This document shows, in pieces, positions 62,967-64,000 of a DNA stretch of 64,000 bases (position 1 is its first letter; every line of letters begins with the position of its first letter). The position numbers were made by a program, and so were the translations under genes. Below the pieces are notes generated by a model. The model searched no databases. It was not told the origin of the DNA and saw only the letters and a program-made list of their open reading frames with translations. This DNA comes from Phoronis australis. Lineage: Eukaryota; Animalia; Phoronida. The stretch spans positions 568,842 through 632,841 of the forward strand of contig NMRA01000007.1 in NCBI GenBank assembly GCA_002633005.1, written 5' to 3'.

Positions 62967-64000
62967 GCTCGACGTCCGCGCCAATGCCCAATATAGCAGA
63001 TAGGTCAGTTTCTATCGTATATAAATCGCTTGTAAGTAAATATTTACAAGGTCTTATATTGTAACTCCCGCGAATTAGAACTTATGAACTGGAAATCGTA
63101 TCAGATCTTCCGTTATAAACTTCGCAGACGGACGAGTCCACCTCTCGTGTAGGGAGGTATAGTACACGCATAGTGTAGGCCCGTGTTCTGCCGACTTGAA
63201 TAGGGTAATTGTCAACACTGAAAGATAACTTCAATGCAAATTTCAGCATATCTATACTGACTAAGTAACCCCAGACAGGGCCACATTTTCCAGTCAGTTT
63301 CAAGAAAATCATACGTAGGAATATCAGATATCTATTTCTAATGTTCACAAAACTCTGCAAGAAGCCCCATGTTTATTCGTCAGTGTAACTTCATTATCAC
63401 TCTCTTGTTGTGTGGTAAAATGAGCGGCGATTCCCCGCTTGCTGATGGCCAACGGGCATTTCAGCTGTTTTCGGGTAGTCGGTTACTCATGTGATTCGGA
63501 CGCAGTATATCTTCACGTGATAGCATTCTTCCGTTGTACACTAAGAAATCTTGAAGCCGCCTTGCCCTTTTAACCTCGTCAAAAACGAAAATCGAATTGG
63601 GTCGTTCAATCTCATTGCGTCATTATGTTTCCTTATCGTGACAGGATTCTATTTCTGTACCAACAAGAACACCAAAAGCATCATCGACTCAAAAATCTAT
63701 TTGGGTCGGGCACTGAACCATGAATTCAAAAATGGCGTATGAATACACATTCAGCCTGAGAATTCAGTACGTAACGGAAATGAATCCCATCACAATCATG
63801 GACTACTACATGGACGCACCCAGTGGGGGCTCGGGGGGCCTGAACGAGTCCACCAATTTGGCGAATTGAGCAAAAAGTCGTGCCCCAGTGAAACAAAAAG
63901 TCCGCCGAGTAAAGGAGACAAAAGTCAACAAAGTCCACAGGAATTCGGCGTGGATGCACCATTGGCAGGCCTGAACCTAGTGGCCCCGTTTTTTTTTTTT

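Overview
Eukaryotic, AT-rich, repeat-rich DNA, probably from a marine invertebrate (inferred from gene content, repeat types and allelic duplications at gaps). It holds two spliced genes arranged tail to tail. (1) On the minus strand, a complete 9-exon type-A LGR / glycoprotein-hormone receptor (TSHR/FSHR/LHCGR-like, about 1028 aa, 62966 to 18360) with a 30 kb first intron. (2) On the plus strand, the 3' nine exons (3550-14378) of a patatin-like phospholipase of the ExoU/VipD type with an inserted EF-hand region. The ORF track does not reveal this gene; I rebuilt it by hand from splice sites, including one GC-AG intron. Introns and flanks contain a minimal hammerhead ribozyme repeat, several MITE families (5-bp-TSD hAT-like, TTAA Kolobok-like, Harbinger-like), a 2.8 kb long-TIR element, LINE and SINE fragments, a 41-bp minisatellite, THAP and USP remnants, and several duplications next to single-N gaps that are likely assembly artefacts. 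All homology calls are from motif recognition, not database searches.
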